Assembly: GCA_003136495.1 (NCBI GenBank)
Contig: PLER01000046.1
Location: 1-48,178 of the forward strand
Source of the DNA: Acidimicrobiaceae bacterium
GTDB taxonomy: Bacteria; Actinomycetota; Acidimicrobiia; Acidimicrobiales; RAAP-2
Direction: 5' to 3'
Length of the DNA: 48,178 nt
The position numbers were made by a program, and so were the translations under genes. Of this stretch, positions 7,971 to 18,468 are shown piece by piece. Every line of letters starts with the position of its first letter. Position 1 is the stretch's first letter. The notes below the pieces were generated by a model. The model had not been told where the DNA came from. It was given only the letters and a program-made list of their open reading frames with translations, and searched no databases.

Positions 7971-9650
7971 CTAGGCGCGAGTGATGGGCTTGTAGCGCAG
8001 GCGGTGTGGCTGGTCGGCGTCGGTGCCCAGGCGCTTATGGCGATCCGCCTCGTAGTCCGAGAAGTTTCCCTCGAACCACCTCACGACGGCGTCGTCCTCG
8101 AAGGCCAAGACGTGCGTGGCGATACGGTCGAGGAACCAACGATCGTGACTGATCACGACGGCACAGCCCGGAAAGGAGAGGAGCCCGTCCTCGAGGGCGC
8201 GCAAGGTGTCGACGTCGAGGTCGTTGGTCGGCTCGTCGAGCAGCAGCACGTTGCCGGCTCGGCGCAACACTTTGGCCAATTGGACTCGGTTGCGCTCCCC
8301 ACCGGAGATCTCGCCAACCTTCTTCTGCTGATCACTCCCCTTAAAACCGAAACTCGCTACGTAGGCGCGTGCGTGGATCTCCTTTGAGCCCACGACCATG
8401 TGCTCCTGGCCTCCACTGATCTCGTCGAAGACGGTGTTCTCGGGGTCGAGTGAATCACGCGACTGATCGACGTAAGCCAACTCCACGGTCGAGCCGACGA
8501 CGATGTCGCCCGCGTCGGGCTTCTCCTGTCCAACGATCATGCGAAAGAGCGTGGTCTTGCCTGCGCCGTTCGGGCCGATGACGCCAACGATGCCGCCCGG
8601 CGGCAACAAGAAGGTGAGGTCCTCGATGAGGAGTCGATCCTCGAACCCCTTCGTGAGCGACGTCGCGTTCACTACGACGTCGCCCAGGCGTGGGCCGGGC
8701 GGAATCGCGATCTCGAGTCGATCGGCGCGGCGCTCAGCGGACTCCGACGCGGCGACGAGTTCGTTGTACGAGTTGAGACGGGCCTTGCCCTTGCTCTGGC
8801 GCGCGCGGGGCGAGAGCCGAATCCACTCCAACTCGCGCTCGAGGGAGGCTTGGCGAACCTTGTCGGCCTTCTCCTCCGCGGCGAGGCGCGCCTGCTTCTG
8901 TTCGAGCCATGAGGAGTAGTTACCCTCCCAGGGGATGCCGTGACCGCGGTCGAGTTCCAAGATCCACTGCGCGGCGTTATCGAGGAAGTACCGGTCGTGG
9001 GTGATCGCCACTACGGTACCCGCGTAGTCCTGCAGCGTACGCTCGAGCCACGCGACGGACTCGGCGTCGAGGTGGTTCGTCGGTTCATCCAACAAGAGCA
9101 GGTCGGGTTTGGAGAGCAGGAGGCGACACAGCGCCACTCTGCGTCGTTCGCCTCCCGACAACGTCGAGACCTGGGCGTCGGGCGGAGGGAGCCGTAACGC
9201 GTCCATCGCGATGTCGAGGGTTCGCTCCAGGTCCCACGCGTTGGCGGCGTCGATCTTGGTCTGCAGGTCGGCCTGCTCACTGAGGAGCGCGTCGAAGTCG
9301 GCGTCGGGATCGCCCATCGCGGCGCAGACGGCGTTGAAGCGAAGGAGCAAGTCGCGCTGCTCGGCGACGCCGTCGGCGACGTTGCCCACGACGTCCTTGG
9401 TCTCGTCGAGTTGGGGCTCTTGGGAGAGGTAGCCCACGCTGAACCCCGGGGTCAGTCGAGCTTCGCCCGTGAAACCGTCGTCGAGTCCGGCCATGATCCG
9501 TAGCAGCGAGGACTTGCCAGATCCATTGGCCCCAATCACGCCGATCTTCGCGCCGGGATAAAAGGAGAGATTGATCCCGCGCAGGACTTCCCGGTCCGGT
9601 GGATAGAAGCGGCGAAGGTCCCGCATGGTGAAGATGTACTGAGCAACCAT
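7971..9650 (-). CDS. ettA: ABC-F translational throttle ATPase
   Basis: LSFYPGAKIGV, two Walker A motifs, LERELEWIR, C-terminal PHRLRYK; 559 aa. Confidence 0.93.
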   Translation of the reverse strand: MVAQYIFTMRDLRRFYPPDREVLRGINLSFYPGAKIGVIGANGSGKSSLLRIMAGLDDGFTGEARLTPGFSVGYLSQEPQLDETKDVVGNVADGVAEQRDLLLRFNAVCAAMGDPDADFDALLSEQADLQTKIDAANAWDLERTLDIAMDALRLPPPDAQVSTLSGGERRRVALCRLLLSKPDLLLLDEPTNHLDAESVAWLERTLQDYAGTVVAITHDRYFLDNAAQWILELDRGHGIPWEGNYSSWLEQKQARLAAEEKADKVRQASLERELEWIRLSPRARQSKGKARLNSYNELVAASESAERRADRLEIAIPPGPRLGDVVVNATSLTKGFEDRLLIEDLTFLLPPGGIVGVIGPNGAGKTTLFRMIVGQEKPDAGDIVVGSTVELAYVDQSRDSLDPENTVFDEISGGQEHMVVGSKEIHARAYVASFGFKGSDQQKKVGEISGGERNRVQLAKVLRRAGNVLLLDEPTNDLDVDTLRALEDGLLSFPGCAVVISHDRWFLDRIATHVLAFEDDAVVRWFEGNFSDYEADRHKRLGTDADQPHRLRYKPITRA

Positions 9651-9734
9651 GCCCTCCAGTGTGGCTCAAATACGCGACGGCGTCGCTCGCGCCAGCGTGT
9701 CGCGCGTCACAGGGGTCCCACTACAATTCTCCGA

Positions 9735-11183
9735 ATGTCCGAACAGGAGTTGACGCTCGAGGGAACAAATCGGCACGCACCGGACTGGATGATCCTGTCC
9801 ATTGCGTGCATCGCCCAGTTCATGGTCGTGCTCGACGTCTCAATCGTCAACGTCGCCCTGCCCAGTATGGGCCGCGACCTTCACTTTTCCTATTCGAGTG
9901 CGCAGTGGGTCATCAACGCCTACGTCTTGACCTTCGCGGGCTTCTTGCTCCTCGGTGGTCGCGCCGCCGACTACTTTGGTCGCCGTCACGTCTACCTCGC
10001 GGGGATCGTGGTGTTCACCTTGGCGAGCATCGGGGCGGGCCTCGCCCAGACCGGCGCCGAGATGGTGACCGTCCGCGCAGTCCAAGGAATTGGCGGCGCG
10101 ATCCTTTCGCCCGCGACCTTGACCATTATCGTGACGACGTTTCATGGACCTCGGCTGCCCAAGGCGATCGGCACCTGGAGCGCGGTTGCGGGCGCGGGTG
10201 GCGCGGCCGGTGCGCTGCTCGGCGGCATCTTGACGGGTCTCGCCTCGTGGCGATGGATCTTCTTCATCAACGTCCCCTTCGGGCTCGTCGCGGGCGGCGC
10301 GGCGTTCTTGTACCTGCGCGAACTGCGCAGCAGCGACGCCACGTCAAAGTTGGACGTGACCGGTGCGGTGCTCGTCACCGGCGGGCTCGCCTCGGTGATC
10401 TACGCGGTCGTGAACACGACGACGCACGCCTGGGCCTCGAGTTTCACGCTGAGTTGGTTGCTCGCGGGGCTCGTGCTCATCGTCCTCTTCCTCTTCTGGG
10501 AGCGGCGGATTGCGTCACACCCCCTGGTGCCCTTCCGCATCTTCAAGTCACGGGCGCTCTCGGTGGCCAACGGCGTCATGGTGCTCGTCGGCGGCGTCTT
10601 TTTCGCCATGTGGTACTTCTTGACCTACTACTTCCAACTCGTGCTGGGCTACGGCGCGCTGCGGGCGGGCTTCGCCTTCGTGCCGATGGCGATTGGCATC
10701 ATCGCGGGCGCCCAAATCTCGTCTCGTCTGATCACCAAGACCGGGGTGCGACCCCTCCTCCAAGTCGGGGCCGCGCTCGCGACAATTGGCTTCTTCTGGT
10801 TGTCGCTGATCCAACCCACGAGTTCCTACTGGGGGAACGTCTTCGTACCGGCCTTTCTCACCGCCTTCGCGATGGGCGTGCTCTTCGCGCCGCTCGCCAC
10901 GTCGGCGACCTCGAGCGTGGACCGCGCCGACGCCGGTCTCGCGTCGGGCATCTTGAACACCTCTCGCCAGGTCGGCGGATCGCTCGCCTTGGCGATTCTC
11001 GCCACCGTTGCGACAGACCGAACGAACTCCTACTTTCACCATCGCGTTGTCGGTAATGCCCTCAACGTCGCACAGACCGCGGGGTATGACCGCGCCTTCC
11101 AGATCTCCGCCGTGATCACCCTGGTGGCCCTCGGAATCACCTTCGCGCTACCTCGACTGTCGGGCCAGGCGGCCGCCCGCTAG
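9735..11183 (+). CDS. DHA2 (EmrB/QacA) MFS transporter, 14 TM
   Basis: FMVVLDVSIVNVALP, GGRAADYFGRR, WRWIFFINVP; TACAAT 7 nt before ATG (leaderless). Confidence 0.9.
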   Translation: MSEQELTLEGTNRHAPDWMILSIACIAQFMVVLDVSIVNVALPSMGRDLHFSYSSAQWVINAYVLTFAGFLLLGGRAADYFGRRHVYLAGIVVFTLASIGAGLAQTGAEMVTVRAVQGIGGAILSPATLTIIVTTFHGPRLPKAIGTWSAVAGAGGAAGALLGGILTGLASWRWIFFINVPFGLVAGGAAFLYLRELRSSDATSKLDVTGAVLVTGGLASVIYAVVNTTTHAWASSFTLSWLLAGLVLIVLFLFWERRIASHPLVPFRIFKSRALSVANGVMVLVGGVFFAMWYFLTYYFQLVLGYGALRAGFAFVPMAIGIIAGAQISSRLITKTGVRPLLQVGAALATIGFFWLSLIQPTSSYWGNVFVPAFLTAFAMGVLFAPLATSATSSVDRADAGLASGILNTSRQVGGSLALAILATVATDRTNSYFHHRVVGNALNVAQTAGYDRAFQISAVITLVALGITFALPRLSGQAAAR

Positions 11184-11363
11184 GGCCATTATTTCCTGAG
11201 CGTTAAACCCCCCGGTTGCCGCCTCGCGCCCTAAAACCGCGACGTCGCGGGGGCTAGTGTCACAGTGACAAAGATCCGCAAGAGTGATGGCGCCATGTCG
11301 GGACTTCATCGAATCTGAGGACAACCCTCATAAAGGGTTGACAAACGAATAAGGGAGAGATTC

Positions 11364-12464
11364 ATGGGGAGTTTTCGTCGATTCGTTACGGTGCTCGGCG
11401 CTAGCGCGCTGATGGTGGGCACTTTGACGATCAGCGTGGCTGCGACGTCGGTAACGGCGTCTGCCGCTTCAAAGTTCAAGGCCTGTGTCGTCACTGACAC
11501 CGGTGGTATCAACGACAAGTCCTTTAACGAGTCGGCCTGGGACGGTCTCAAGGCCGCCGCCAAGCAGGACAGCAACATTTCGGTGCAGTATCTCTCGTCC
11601 ACTTCATCGGCTGACTACGCGCCGAACATCAACAGCTTCATCTCCAAGGGCTGCGGGATCATCGTCACCGTGGGCTTCTTGATGGACGCGGCGACCGCCG
11701 CTGCGGCCAACGCCCACCCGAGCCAGAAGTTCGCGATCGTTGACGACGCGCCTACCGTCAAGGCCGGCACGCACGTCCTCGCGCTGCAGTACGAGACGGA
11801 CCAGGCGGGCTTCCTTGGCGGCATCCTGGCCGCCGGCATGACCAAGACCGGCACGGTGGCGACCTACGGCGGCGAGAACTTCTCCGCGGTGACGCTCTAC
11901 ATGAACGGTTTCGTCGCGGGAGTACGTTACTTCGACAAGACCTACTCCAAGTCCGTCAAGGTCCTCGGCTGGACGCCGGGCAAGGGAACCTGCTCGCTCG
12001 CCGCGTGCGCGGGATCGGGCACCTTCATCGGTAACTTCACCGACCAGACCGCCGGCAAGACCGACACCACGACCTTCTTCTCCGAAGGCGCGGACATTGT
12101 CTTCCCGGTCGCCGGATCGGTGGGACTCGGTTCGGTCGCCGCCGCGAAGTTGGCCGGCGCGGGTCACTACGTCATGTGGGTCGACTCCAACGGCTGTGAG
12201 TCGGACGCCGCGGACTGCAAGTACTTCGTCGGCACCGTCGCCAAGGGCGTCGAGCCCTCCGTCGAGGCCTCGGTGCTTTCGGCCGCGAAGGGCACGTTCA
12301 AGGCCGGTTCGTACATCGGCACCTTGAAGAACGACGGCACGGCGCTCGAATACGGCGGCGTGATGATTCCGGCGTCCCTCAAAGCGAAGATCGCCACCGC
12401 CAAGGCGGGCATCATCGCCGGGACGATTTCGGTCAACCCGAACAGTTACCCCGCGGTCAAGTAA
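11364..12464 (+). CDS. BMP/PnrA-family nucleoside ABC transporter substrate-binding protein
   Basis: DTGGINDKSFN..AW.G, VGF, GADIVFPVAG, WVDS; N-terminal signal peptide. Confidence 0.9.
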   Translation: MGSFRRFVTVLGASALMVGTLTISVAATSVTASAASKFKACVVTDTGGINDKSFNESAWDGLKAAAKQDSNISVQYLSSTSSADYAPNINSFISKGCGIIVTVGFLMDAATAAAANAHPSQKFAIVDDAPTVKAGTHVLALQYETDQAGFLGGILAAGMTKTGTVATYGGENFSAVTLYMNGFVAGVRYFDKTYSKSVKVLGWTPGKGTCSLAACAGSGTFIGNFTDQTAGKTDTTTFFSEGADIVFPVAGSVGLGSVAAAKLAGAGHYVMWVDSNGCESDAADCKYFVGTVAKGVEPSVEASVLSAAKGTFKAGSYIGTLKNDGTALEYGGVMIPASLKAKIATAKAGIIAGTISVNPNSYPAVK

Positions 12465-12487
12465 CGACCTCGTCGCAACGGCGATTT

Positions 12488-12523
12488 CGACAAAGGCCCG
12501 GGGGAGACCCCGGGCCTTTGTCG
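12488..12523 (+). terminator. Intergenic hairpin after the binding-protein gene (partial terminator or mRNA stabiliser)
   Basis: CGACAAAGGCCCGGGG-GAGA-CCCCGGGCCTTTGTCG: perfect 16-bp stem with GNRA loop. Confidence 0.8.
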
Positions 12524-12542
12524 TGGCCTACGATGAACCTCC

Positions 12543-14057
12543 ATGCAACTTGAACTGCGCGGTATAACCAAGCGCTTCGGCTCGTTCACCGCGAACGACC
12601 AGATCAGTCTCAAGGTGGAACCGGGTCAGATCCACTCGCTGCTCGGCGAGAACGGCGCCGGAAAGTCGACACTGATGAACGTGCTGTTCGGTCTCTTGCG
12701 ACCCGACGAGGGCGAGATCCTCATCGATGGCGTCGTCACGCCAATCAACGACTCCGGCGAGGCCGTGCGTCGGGGCATCGGCATGGTGCACCAGCACTTC
12801 ATGTTGGTGCCCGTCTTCACGGTCGCCGAGAACGTCGTGCTCGGTTTCGAGCCCAAGAAGTCCTTCGACCGGATCGACTACCGCGCCGCGACCGAGGACA
12901 TCCGACGCCTCTCCCAAGAGTTCCACCTCGAGGTCGATCCCGACGCGGTCATCGAGAACCTCCCGGTCGGGCTCCAACAGCGCGTCGAGATTTTAAAGGC
13001 CCTCAGTCACGACGCCGAGTTGCTCATTCTCGATGAACCGACCGCCGTCTTGACCCCGCAAGAGATCGACGCCTTGATGGACATCATGCGTTCGCTCGCC
13101 GCCGCGGGTAAGTCGATTCTGTTCATCACCCACAAGCTCAAAGAGGTGAAGGCAATCGCCGACGTCATCACCGTGATCCGTCACGGCCAGGTCGTCGGCA
13201 CCGCCGAACCGAGTGCCTCGGAGTCCGAACTCGCTTCCCTGATGGTCGGGCGCGACGTTCAGTTGACGGTGACGAAGTCGACCTACGATCCCGGCGACGA
13301 AGTCCTCGAAGTGCGCGATCTGGTTGTCCTCGACGACCGAGGCCTCGTGGCCGTGAACGGCGTCTCGTTCGACGTGCGGGCCGGCGAGGTGTTGGCCCTC
13401 GCCGGGGTGCAGGGCAACGGCCAGACCGAGCTCGTGGAGGCGCTGGTCGGCATGCGGCCGGTCGTGTCCGGGTCGATCACGCTCAAGGGCCGTGATATCA
13501 CGCACCTCTCCCCCCGCGACGCCCTCGACGCGGGTCTCGGTCACATCCCCGAGGACCGCCAACGCGACGGTCTGGTGCTGTCGATGTCGGTCGCCGACAA
13601 CCTCGTTCTCAATACGCCGCGCCGGGCACCGTTCGCGCGCCGCGGGACGCGCAACTTAGCCGCGGTGAAGGAGAACGCGCAACGCCTGGTGCGCGAGTTC
13701 GATATCCGCACCACGTCCATCGAGGCGCCCGCGAGCTCCCTCTCGGGCGGCAACCAGCAAAAGGTCATCGTCGCACGCGAGCTCTCGCGAAACATTGAGT
13801 TCCTCGTGGCGTCCCAACCCACACGCGGACTCGACGTCGGCTCCATCGAGTACGTCCACCGTCAGTTCATCGAGCACCGAAATCGGGGCAACGGTTCACT
13901 GATCGTCTCCTCCGAACTCGACGAGGTGCTCGCGCTGGGCGACCGTATCGCGGTGATGTTCGAAGGCCGCATCAGCGGCATCGTGGACCCGACGACGAGT
14001 CGAGAGGACATCGGCCTCCTGATGGCCGGGCACACCACCGAGGTGGCCGGTGTCTGA
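12543..14057 (+). CDS. Nucleoside/sugar (CUT2-type) ABC transporter ATP-binding protein
   Basis: GENGAGKST, GMVHQHFML, LSGGNQQK, QPTRGLDVG. Confidence 0.92.
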   Translation: MQLELRGITKRFGSFTANDQISLKVEPGQIHSLLGENGAGKSTLMNVLFGLLRPDEGEILIDGVVTPINDSGEAVRRGIGMVHQHFMLVPVFTVAENVVLGFEPKKSFDRIDYRAATEDIRRLSQEFHLEVDPDAVIENLPVGLQQRVEILKALSHDAELLILDEPTAVLTPQEIDALMDIMRSLAAAGKSILFITHKLKEVKAIADVITVIRHGQVVGTAEPSASESELASLMVGRDVQLTVTKSTYDPGDEVLEVRDLVVLDDRGLVAVNGVSFDVRAGEVLALAGVQGNGQTELVEALVGMRPVVSGSITLKGRDITHLSPRDALDAGLGHIPEDRQRDGLVLSMSVADNLVLNTPRRAPFARRGTRNLAAVKENAQRLVREFDIRTTSIEAPASSLSGGNQQKVIVARELSRNIEFLVASQPTRGLDVGSIEYVHRQFIEHRNRGNGSLIVSSELDEVLALGDRIAVMFEGRISGIVDPTTSREDIGLLMAGHTTEVAGV

Positions 14058-15360
14058 GATCGCCCCGGCGGAGATTCCTCAAGGGTCGAACGAGCCCGTC
14101 GACGAGGGACCCGTCTGGGCCCGACGGACCTCCGCCCTGTGGGTCCGCTACACCTCGAGCAGTCCGATTGTGATCGCGGCCTTGGCGGTATTCCTGGGCC
14201 TGGTGTTCGGCGCCATCATCATCGCCACCACCACCCCCGCCGTCCTCGACGCCTGGCGCTCGATCTTCCATCACTGGAGCGGTCTACCGGTGGCGATCAA
14301 GGTCACCTTCGACAACGTGGGCTCCGCGTACCGCGCGATCTTCACCGGCTCGGTCGTCGACCCGCAGGGCTTTTGGCACTCGCTCACTACCGGCAAGGGT
14401 TGGCCGAACACCTTGACCCCCATCTCCGAGACCTTCACCTACGCGACGCCGCTCGTCATCGTGAGCATCGGCGTGGGCATCGCGTTCCAAACGGGCCTCT
14501 TCAACATCGGCGCCAACGGTCAGGCGGTAATTGGCGGCATCGCCGGCGCGGCGGTCGGTTCCATGCTTCACCTGCCGACGATTCTGCACCTCCCGCTCAC
14601 GCTGCTCGGGGGCATCGCGGGGGGCATGCTCTGCGGGGCGTTGCCGGGAGTGTTGAAGGCGTACACGGGAGCGCACGAGGTGATCGTGACCCTCATGTTC
14701 AACTACGTCACCTACGCCTTTCTCCTCTACGCCGTGCTCTCGACACCGTTCCAACAACCCGGTCAGTCGAACGACATCGGGCGGACGATGGACCCGTCGG
14801 CGATCCTCGCGCCGCTCTTCGGCACGAAGTCCGGTCTGCGCGTGAGCTACGGCGTCTTCGTCGCCGCGGCGGTCGTGGTCTTCGCGTGGTGGCTGCTCGA
14901 TCGCTCGTCGATGGGTTTTGACTTTCGCGTCACGGGCGCCAACCCCGCGGCCGCGCGAGCGTCGGGGATCAACGGGCGACGCGTCATCGTGGTGGTCTTT
15001 CTCATCTCGGGCGGGCTGGCGGGGCTGGCGGGGCTGGTCCAAGTGGCGAGCACGACGCACTACATCGACGGCGGGTTCCTCATCGGCAACGCCGGTATCG
15101 GCTTCACCGCGATCACGGTAGCCCTGCTCGGGAGAAATCGGCCCATGGGGATCGTCTGGGCGTCGTTACTCTTCGCAGCCCTGGGTGTGGGCGGGCGCAA
15201 TATGCAGGCGTCCACCGGGATCCCGCTGGACCTGGCGACGGTGATCCAGTCGGCCATCGTGCTCTTCGTCGCCACCCCGGTGCTGGTGAAGGAGATCTTC
15301 CGACTACGCGCCGCGCCGACCGCCACCGTGCAACTCGCCACGAAGGGGTGGGGATCGTGA
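14050..15360 (+). CDS. Nucleoside ABC transporter permease 1
   Basis: GLFNIGA.GQ, AHEVIVTLMFNY, GFTAITVALLGRN.P. Confidence 0.9.
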   Translation: MSEIAPAEIPQGSNEPVDEGPVWARRTSALWVRYTSSSPIVIAALAVFLGLVFGAIIIATTTPAVLDAWRSIFHHWSGLPVAIKVTFDNVGSAYRAIFTGSVVDPQGFWHSLTTGKGWPNTLTPISETFTYATPLVIVSIGVGIAFQTGLFNIGANGQAVIGGIAGAAVGSMLHLPTILHLPLTLLGGIAGGMLCGALPGVLKAYTGAHEVIVTLMFNYVTYAFLLYAVLSTPFQQPGQSNDIGRTMDPSAILAPLFGTKSGLRVSYGVFVAAAVVVFAWWLLDRSSMGFDFRVTGANPAAARASGINGRRVIVVVFLISGGLAGLAGLVQVASTTHYIDGGFLIGNAGIGFTAITVALLGRNRPMGIVWASLLFAALGVGGRNMQASTGIPLDLATVIQSAIVLFVATPVLVKEIFRLRAAPTATVQLATKGWGS

Positions 15361-16655
15361 GTCTCGTCAGCACTACGCCCGTCGCGACGACGACGCCGAT
15401 CATCAAGAGTGCGCGCACCCGCGTGATCGCCGTGATCATGGCGGTCATCGGCCTGTTTTCGTTCGTCGTCTTCGGCCTCGGCAGCACGGTACGCTCGCAC
15501 GCCGCGCTCTCCTTCACGCCCCTCAACCTCGTCAACGCACCGTGGCACCTCGGGTCACTCACCGTCGCCACGCGCTGGACCGACATCGTGCTCTCGCTGA
15601 TCATCGTCGCCCTCGCCGCCGAAGTCTTTATCCGTCAACCGTCGCGCGGGGTCATGCCGCGCTTCGGGATCGCGGCCATCTTGTTCCTGGTCACGTTGTT
15701 GTTCTGGGCCGCGCGGACCGACGGTCCGTCCCAGGTCAACTCGGTGAACGTCACCTCGATCCTGGTCGGCTGCTCGGCGACGGTGATGGTGCTGGTCTTT
15801 GGCTCCCTGTCGGGGGTCATGTGCGAGCGCGCGGGTGTGGTGAATATCGCCATCGAGGGTCAGTTCATCGCGGGCGCCTTCTTGGGCAGCATGATCGCCT
15901 CGACGACGGGCAACTTCTTCTACGCGGCCATCGCCGGCGCCGTCGTGGGCGGACTGATCGGACTCGTGCTCGCGTTCTTCGCGCTGCGCTACCAGTCCGA
16001 TCAGATCATCGTGGGCATCGTGCTCGTGACGATGTTGAGCAGTCTCTCCTCGTACCTGAACCTGCAGGTCTTCACGCCGTTCCCCAACTTCAATACGGGC
16101 AACCTCGCGTCGAACCTGGCAATTCCCATCCTCTCGAAGATCCCGATCATCGGACCGGTGTTGTTCAATCAGTCCGCGTTCTTCTACCTGATGATCGTGT
16201 TGGTCGCGGTCGTCAGTTTCGCGCTCTTTAAGACCCGCTACGGGCTACACGTACGCGCGGTGGGTGAACACCCGCGCGCCGCCGCCACGGTCGGCATCAA
16301 CGTCGTGCGCGTGCGCTACATCAACGTGGTCTTGGGCGGAGCAATCGCCGGTATCGGCGGCGTCGCCTTCATGGCCACCCAGGGCCAGTTCCAGGTCGGC
16401 TACACCTCGGGACTGGGCTACATCGCACTGGCCGCCTTGATCTTCGGACGCTGGCGACCTTCGGGCGCGGTCGTGGCGTCGATCATCTTCGGGCTCACGG
16501 TCTATCTCTCGTACGAACTCGTGACGTACCAGGTGCCCGTTTCGCTGTACTTCCTCCAGATGATCCCGTACCTCATCACCATCGGCGTGGTGGCCGGACT
16601 CATCGGACGGGTTCGCCCTCCCGCCGCCGACGGTCAGCCCTACCTTCGGGACTAG
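15357..16655 (+). CDS. Nucleoside ABC transporter permease 2
   Basis: ERAGVVNIAIEG, RAVGEHP.AA.TVG, GYIALAALIFGRW, PAADG.PY; GTGA overlap with permease 1. Confidence 0.9.
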   Translation: MSLVSTTPVATTTPIIKSARTRVIAVIMAVIGLFSFVVFGLGSTVRSHAALSFTPLNLVNAPWHLGSLTVATRWTDIVLSLIIVALAAEVFIRQPSRGVMPRFGIAAILFLVTLLFWAARTDGPSQVNSVNVTSILVGCSATVMVLVFGSLSGVMCERAGVVNIAIEGQFIAGAFLGSMIASTTGNFFYAAIAGAVVGGLIGLVLAFFALRYQSDQIIVGIVLVTMLSSLSSYLNLQVFTPFPNFNTGNLASNLAIPILSKIPIIGPVLFNQSAFFYLMIVLVAVVSFALFKTRYGLHVRAVGEHPRAAATVGINVVRVRYINVVLGGAIAGIGGVAFMATQGQFQVGYTSGLGYIALAALIFGRWRPSGAVVASIIFGLTVYLSYELVTYQVPVSLYFLQMIPYLITIGVVAGLIGRVRPPAADGQPYLRD

Positions 16656-17530
16656 CCGAAGGCGCCCAGTCCGCCCACCACGCGAGCGGCGGCCTCCATG
16701 GCAACCGCGAGCGCTTGCGTCGGTGCGACCCCGTGGAGACGCGCCCCGAGGTACGCGCCCGTGGCGGCGTCGCCCGCTCCCGTCGTGTCGAGCACCGCGA
16801 CGCGGTGAGCCGCCACGTGAAATCGTTCGGCGCCAATAGCGCACAGCGCCCCTCTCGCCCCTCGGGTGATGACGACCTCGTCGAAGAGTTGCGTCAACAC
16901 GTCGGCCGCGGCCTCCGCGTCCTCGGTGTCGGTCAGGACGAGCGACTCCTCCTCGTTCGCGAAGAGTTGCGTCGCGTAGGTGGCCGAGCGCAAGAACACG
17001 TCCGGTGTTACGTCGCGCAACGGGGACACCGAACAGACGTCGACCGAGGTGGGCACCCGTCGTTCGCCCGCGTGACGCAGCGCTTGTACCGCGACCGCGC
17101 GGGTCGCGGGGTCGAGGAGGAGGTAGCCCGAGACGTGGAGGTGATCGAAGGGCTCCACGAGTTGGGCCTCGACGAAGGCACCGCGCAGGTGGGAGTTGGC
17201 GCCGCGGTCGGTCAGCATCATTCGCTCCCCGTCTTCGCTGACGATCGAGACGACCGTCCCGGTGGGGGCGTCGACGACGTCCAGGGCGGTGGTCACCTGG
17301 GCGTCCGCGAGGGAACGGGAAAAGAGTTCGCTCGACGGGTCCCGGCCCATCGCGCCGACGTAACAAGTCTCGTGCCCGCTGAGTCGAAGCGACACCGCGA
17401 AACTCGCACCAGATCCTCCACGCGTGACGCGGATCTGCGACGGGGTGTCACTGGTGGGCGCCAGTGGTCCCAGCGGGCGCACGACGACGTCGAGCATCAC
17501 GTCGCCGAGGACCACGACGCGACTGGCCAC
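16652..17530 (-). CDS. PfkB-family carbohydrate kinase; probable pseudouridine kinase by context
   Basis: GDVMLD, GGSG, ANEEE, DTTGAGD; coupled directly downstream of psuG. Confidence 0.8.
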   Translation of the reverse strand: MASRVVVLGDVMLDVVVRPLGPLAPTSDTPSQIRVTRGGSGASFAVSLRLSGHETCYVGAMGRDPSSELFSRSLADAQVTTALDVVDAPTGTVVSIVSEDGERMMLTDRGANSHLRGAFVEAQLVEPFDHLHVSGYLLLDPATRAVAVQALRHAGERRVPTSVDVCSVSPLRDVTPDVFLRSATYATQLFANEEESLVLTDTEDAEAAADVLTQLFDEVVITRGARGALCAIGAERFHVAAHRVAVLDTTGAGDAATGAYLGARLHGVAPTQALAVAMEAAARVVGGLGAFG

Positions 17531-18459
17531 TAGCGCTGCGCGTGGGCGAGGGACATCGCGATCTCCCCCGCCAGTGCCGCGTTCGCCACCACCAGGTCAC
17601 GATTGACCTGCACGCTCACGCCCGCGGTGTGGCGGGCGAACTCCGCCAGCAGCGCCGGCGTCACGGCCTTGCCGCTGACGCCCTCTCGTTGCGCCTTTTC
17701 CAGCGCGCTGTCGAGCGCGGCGTCGTGGAGACGCTGGTCGAGCTCGCTCTCGGAGGCCACCGGGTTCGCGACCAAAAAGCCCGTCGGCGAGAACTCGCGG
17801 TGCGCGAGGAACGCGGCGGCGGCCTCTTCGGCACTCGCCACCGCCCAGTCCAACGTGAAGCCGCTGTCGCGTCGGTAGAAGCCCGGGAACTGCCGAGTGG
17901 CGAATCCCACCACGGGCACGCCCAACGAGTCGAGGCGTTCGAGGGTCGCGGCGATGTCGAGGATCGACTTCACCCCCGACGCGACCACCAGCACGGGCGT
18001 GCGAGCGAGGGTCGTGAGGTCGGCCGACTCGTCGAATGACCTCGCGGCGTCGCGGTGCACCCCGCCGAGGCCGCCGGTCGCCATGACCTCGATGCCGACG
18101 CGGTGTGCGATGGTGATGGTGCCCGCCACGGTGGTCGCGCCGTCGGTGCCGGTGGCGAGCGCCAGACCGAGGTCCCGGGCGGAGAGTTTGGCGGCGCGTC
18201 GATCGGGCTCGGCCAGTGACTCGAGCTCGTCGCTCCCTAGTCCCACGACGACACGACCGTCAACGACGCCGATGGTGGCGGGCGTCGCCCCGCTCTTTCG
18301 AACCGACGCTTCGCACTCTCTGGCGACCTCGAAGTTGATCGGTGCGGGCAGGCCGTGTACGACGATGGTCGTCTCGAGGGCCACGACGGCCCGACCCTCG
18401 TTGATCGCGCTTTCGACCTCATCACTGATCACGACGTTGGAGAATCGAAAGTTACTCAC
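17530..18459 (-). CDS. psuG: Pseudouridine-5'-phosphate glycosidase
   Basis: VVALETTI..HGLP, GATTVA, ATGGLGGVHR, SADL, GVKSILD, GKAVTP; start 18459 or 18468. Confidence 0.92.
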   Translation of the reverse strand: MSNFRFSNVVISDEVESAINEGRAVVALETTIVVHGLPAPINFEVARECEASVRKSGATPATIGVVDGRVVVGLGSDELESLAEPDRRAAKLSARDLGLALATGTDGATTVAGTITIAHRVGIEVMATGGLGGVHRDAARSFDESADLTTLARTPVLVVASGVKSILDIAATLERLDSLGVPVVGFATRQFPGFYRRDSGFTLDWAVASAEEAAAAFLAHREFSPTGFLVANPVASESELDQRLHDAALDSALEKAQREGVSGKAVTPALLAEFARHTAGVSVQVNRDLVVANAALAGEIAMSLAHAQR

Positions 18460-18468
18460 GCAGCGCAA

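Noticed and set aside
9659-11056. 465-aa Arg-rich ORF overlapping the MFS gene
   Set aside because: Alternative frame of a GC-rich membrane-protein gene.
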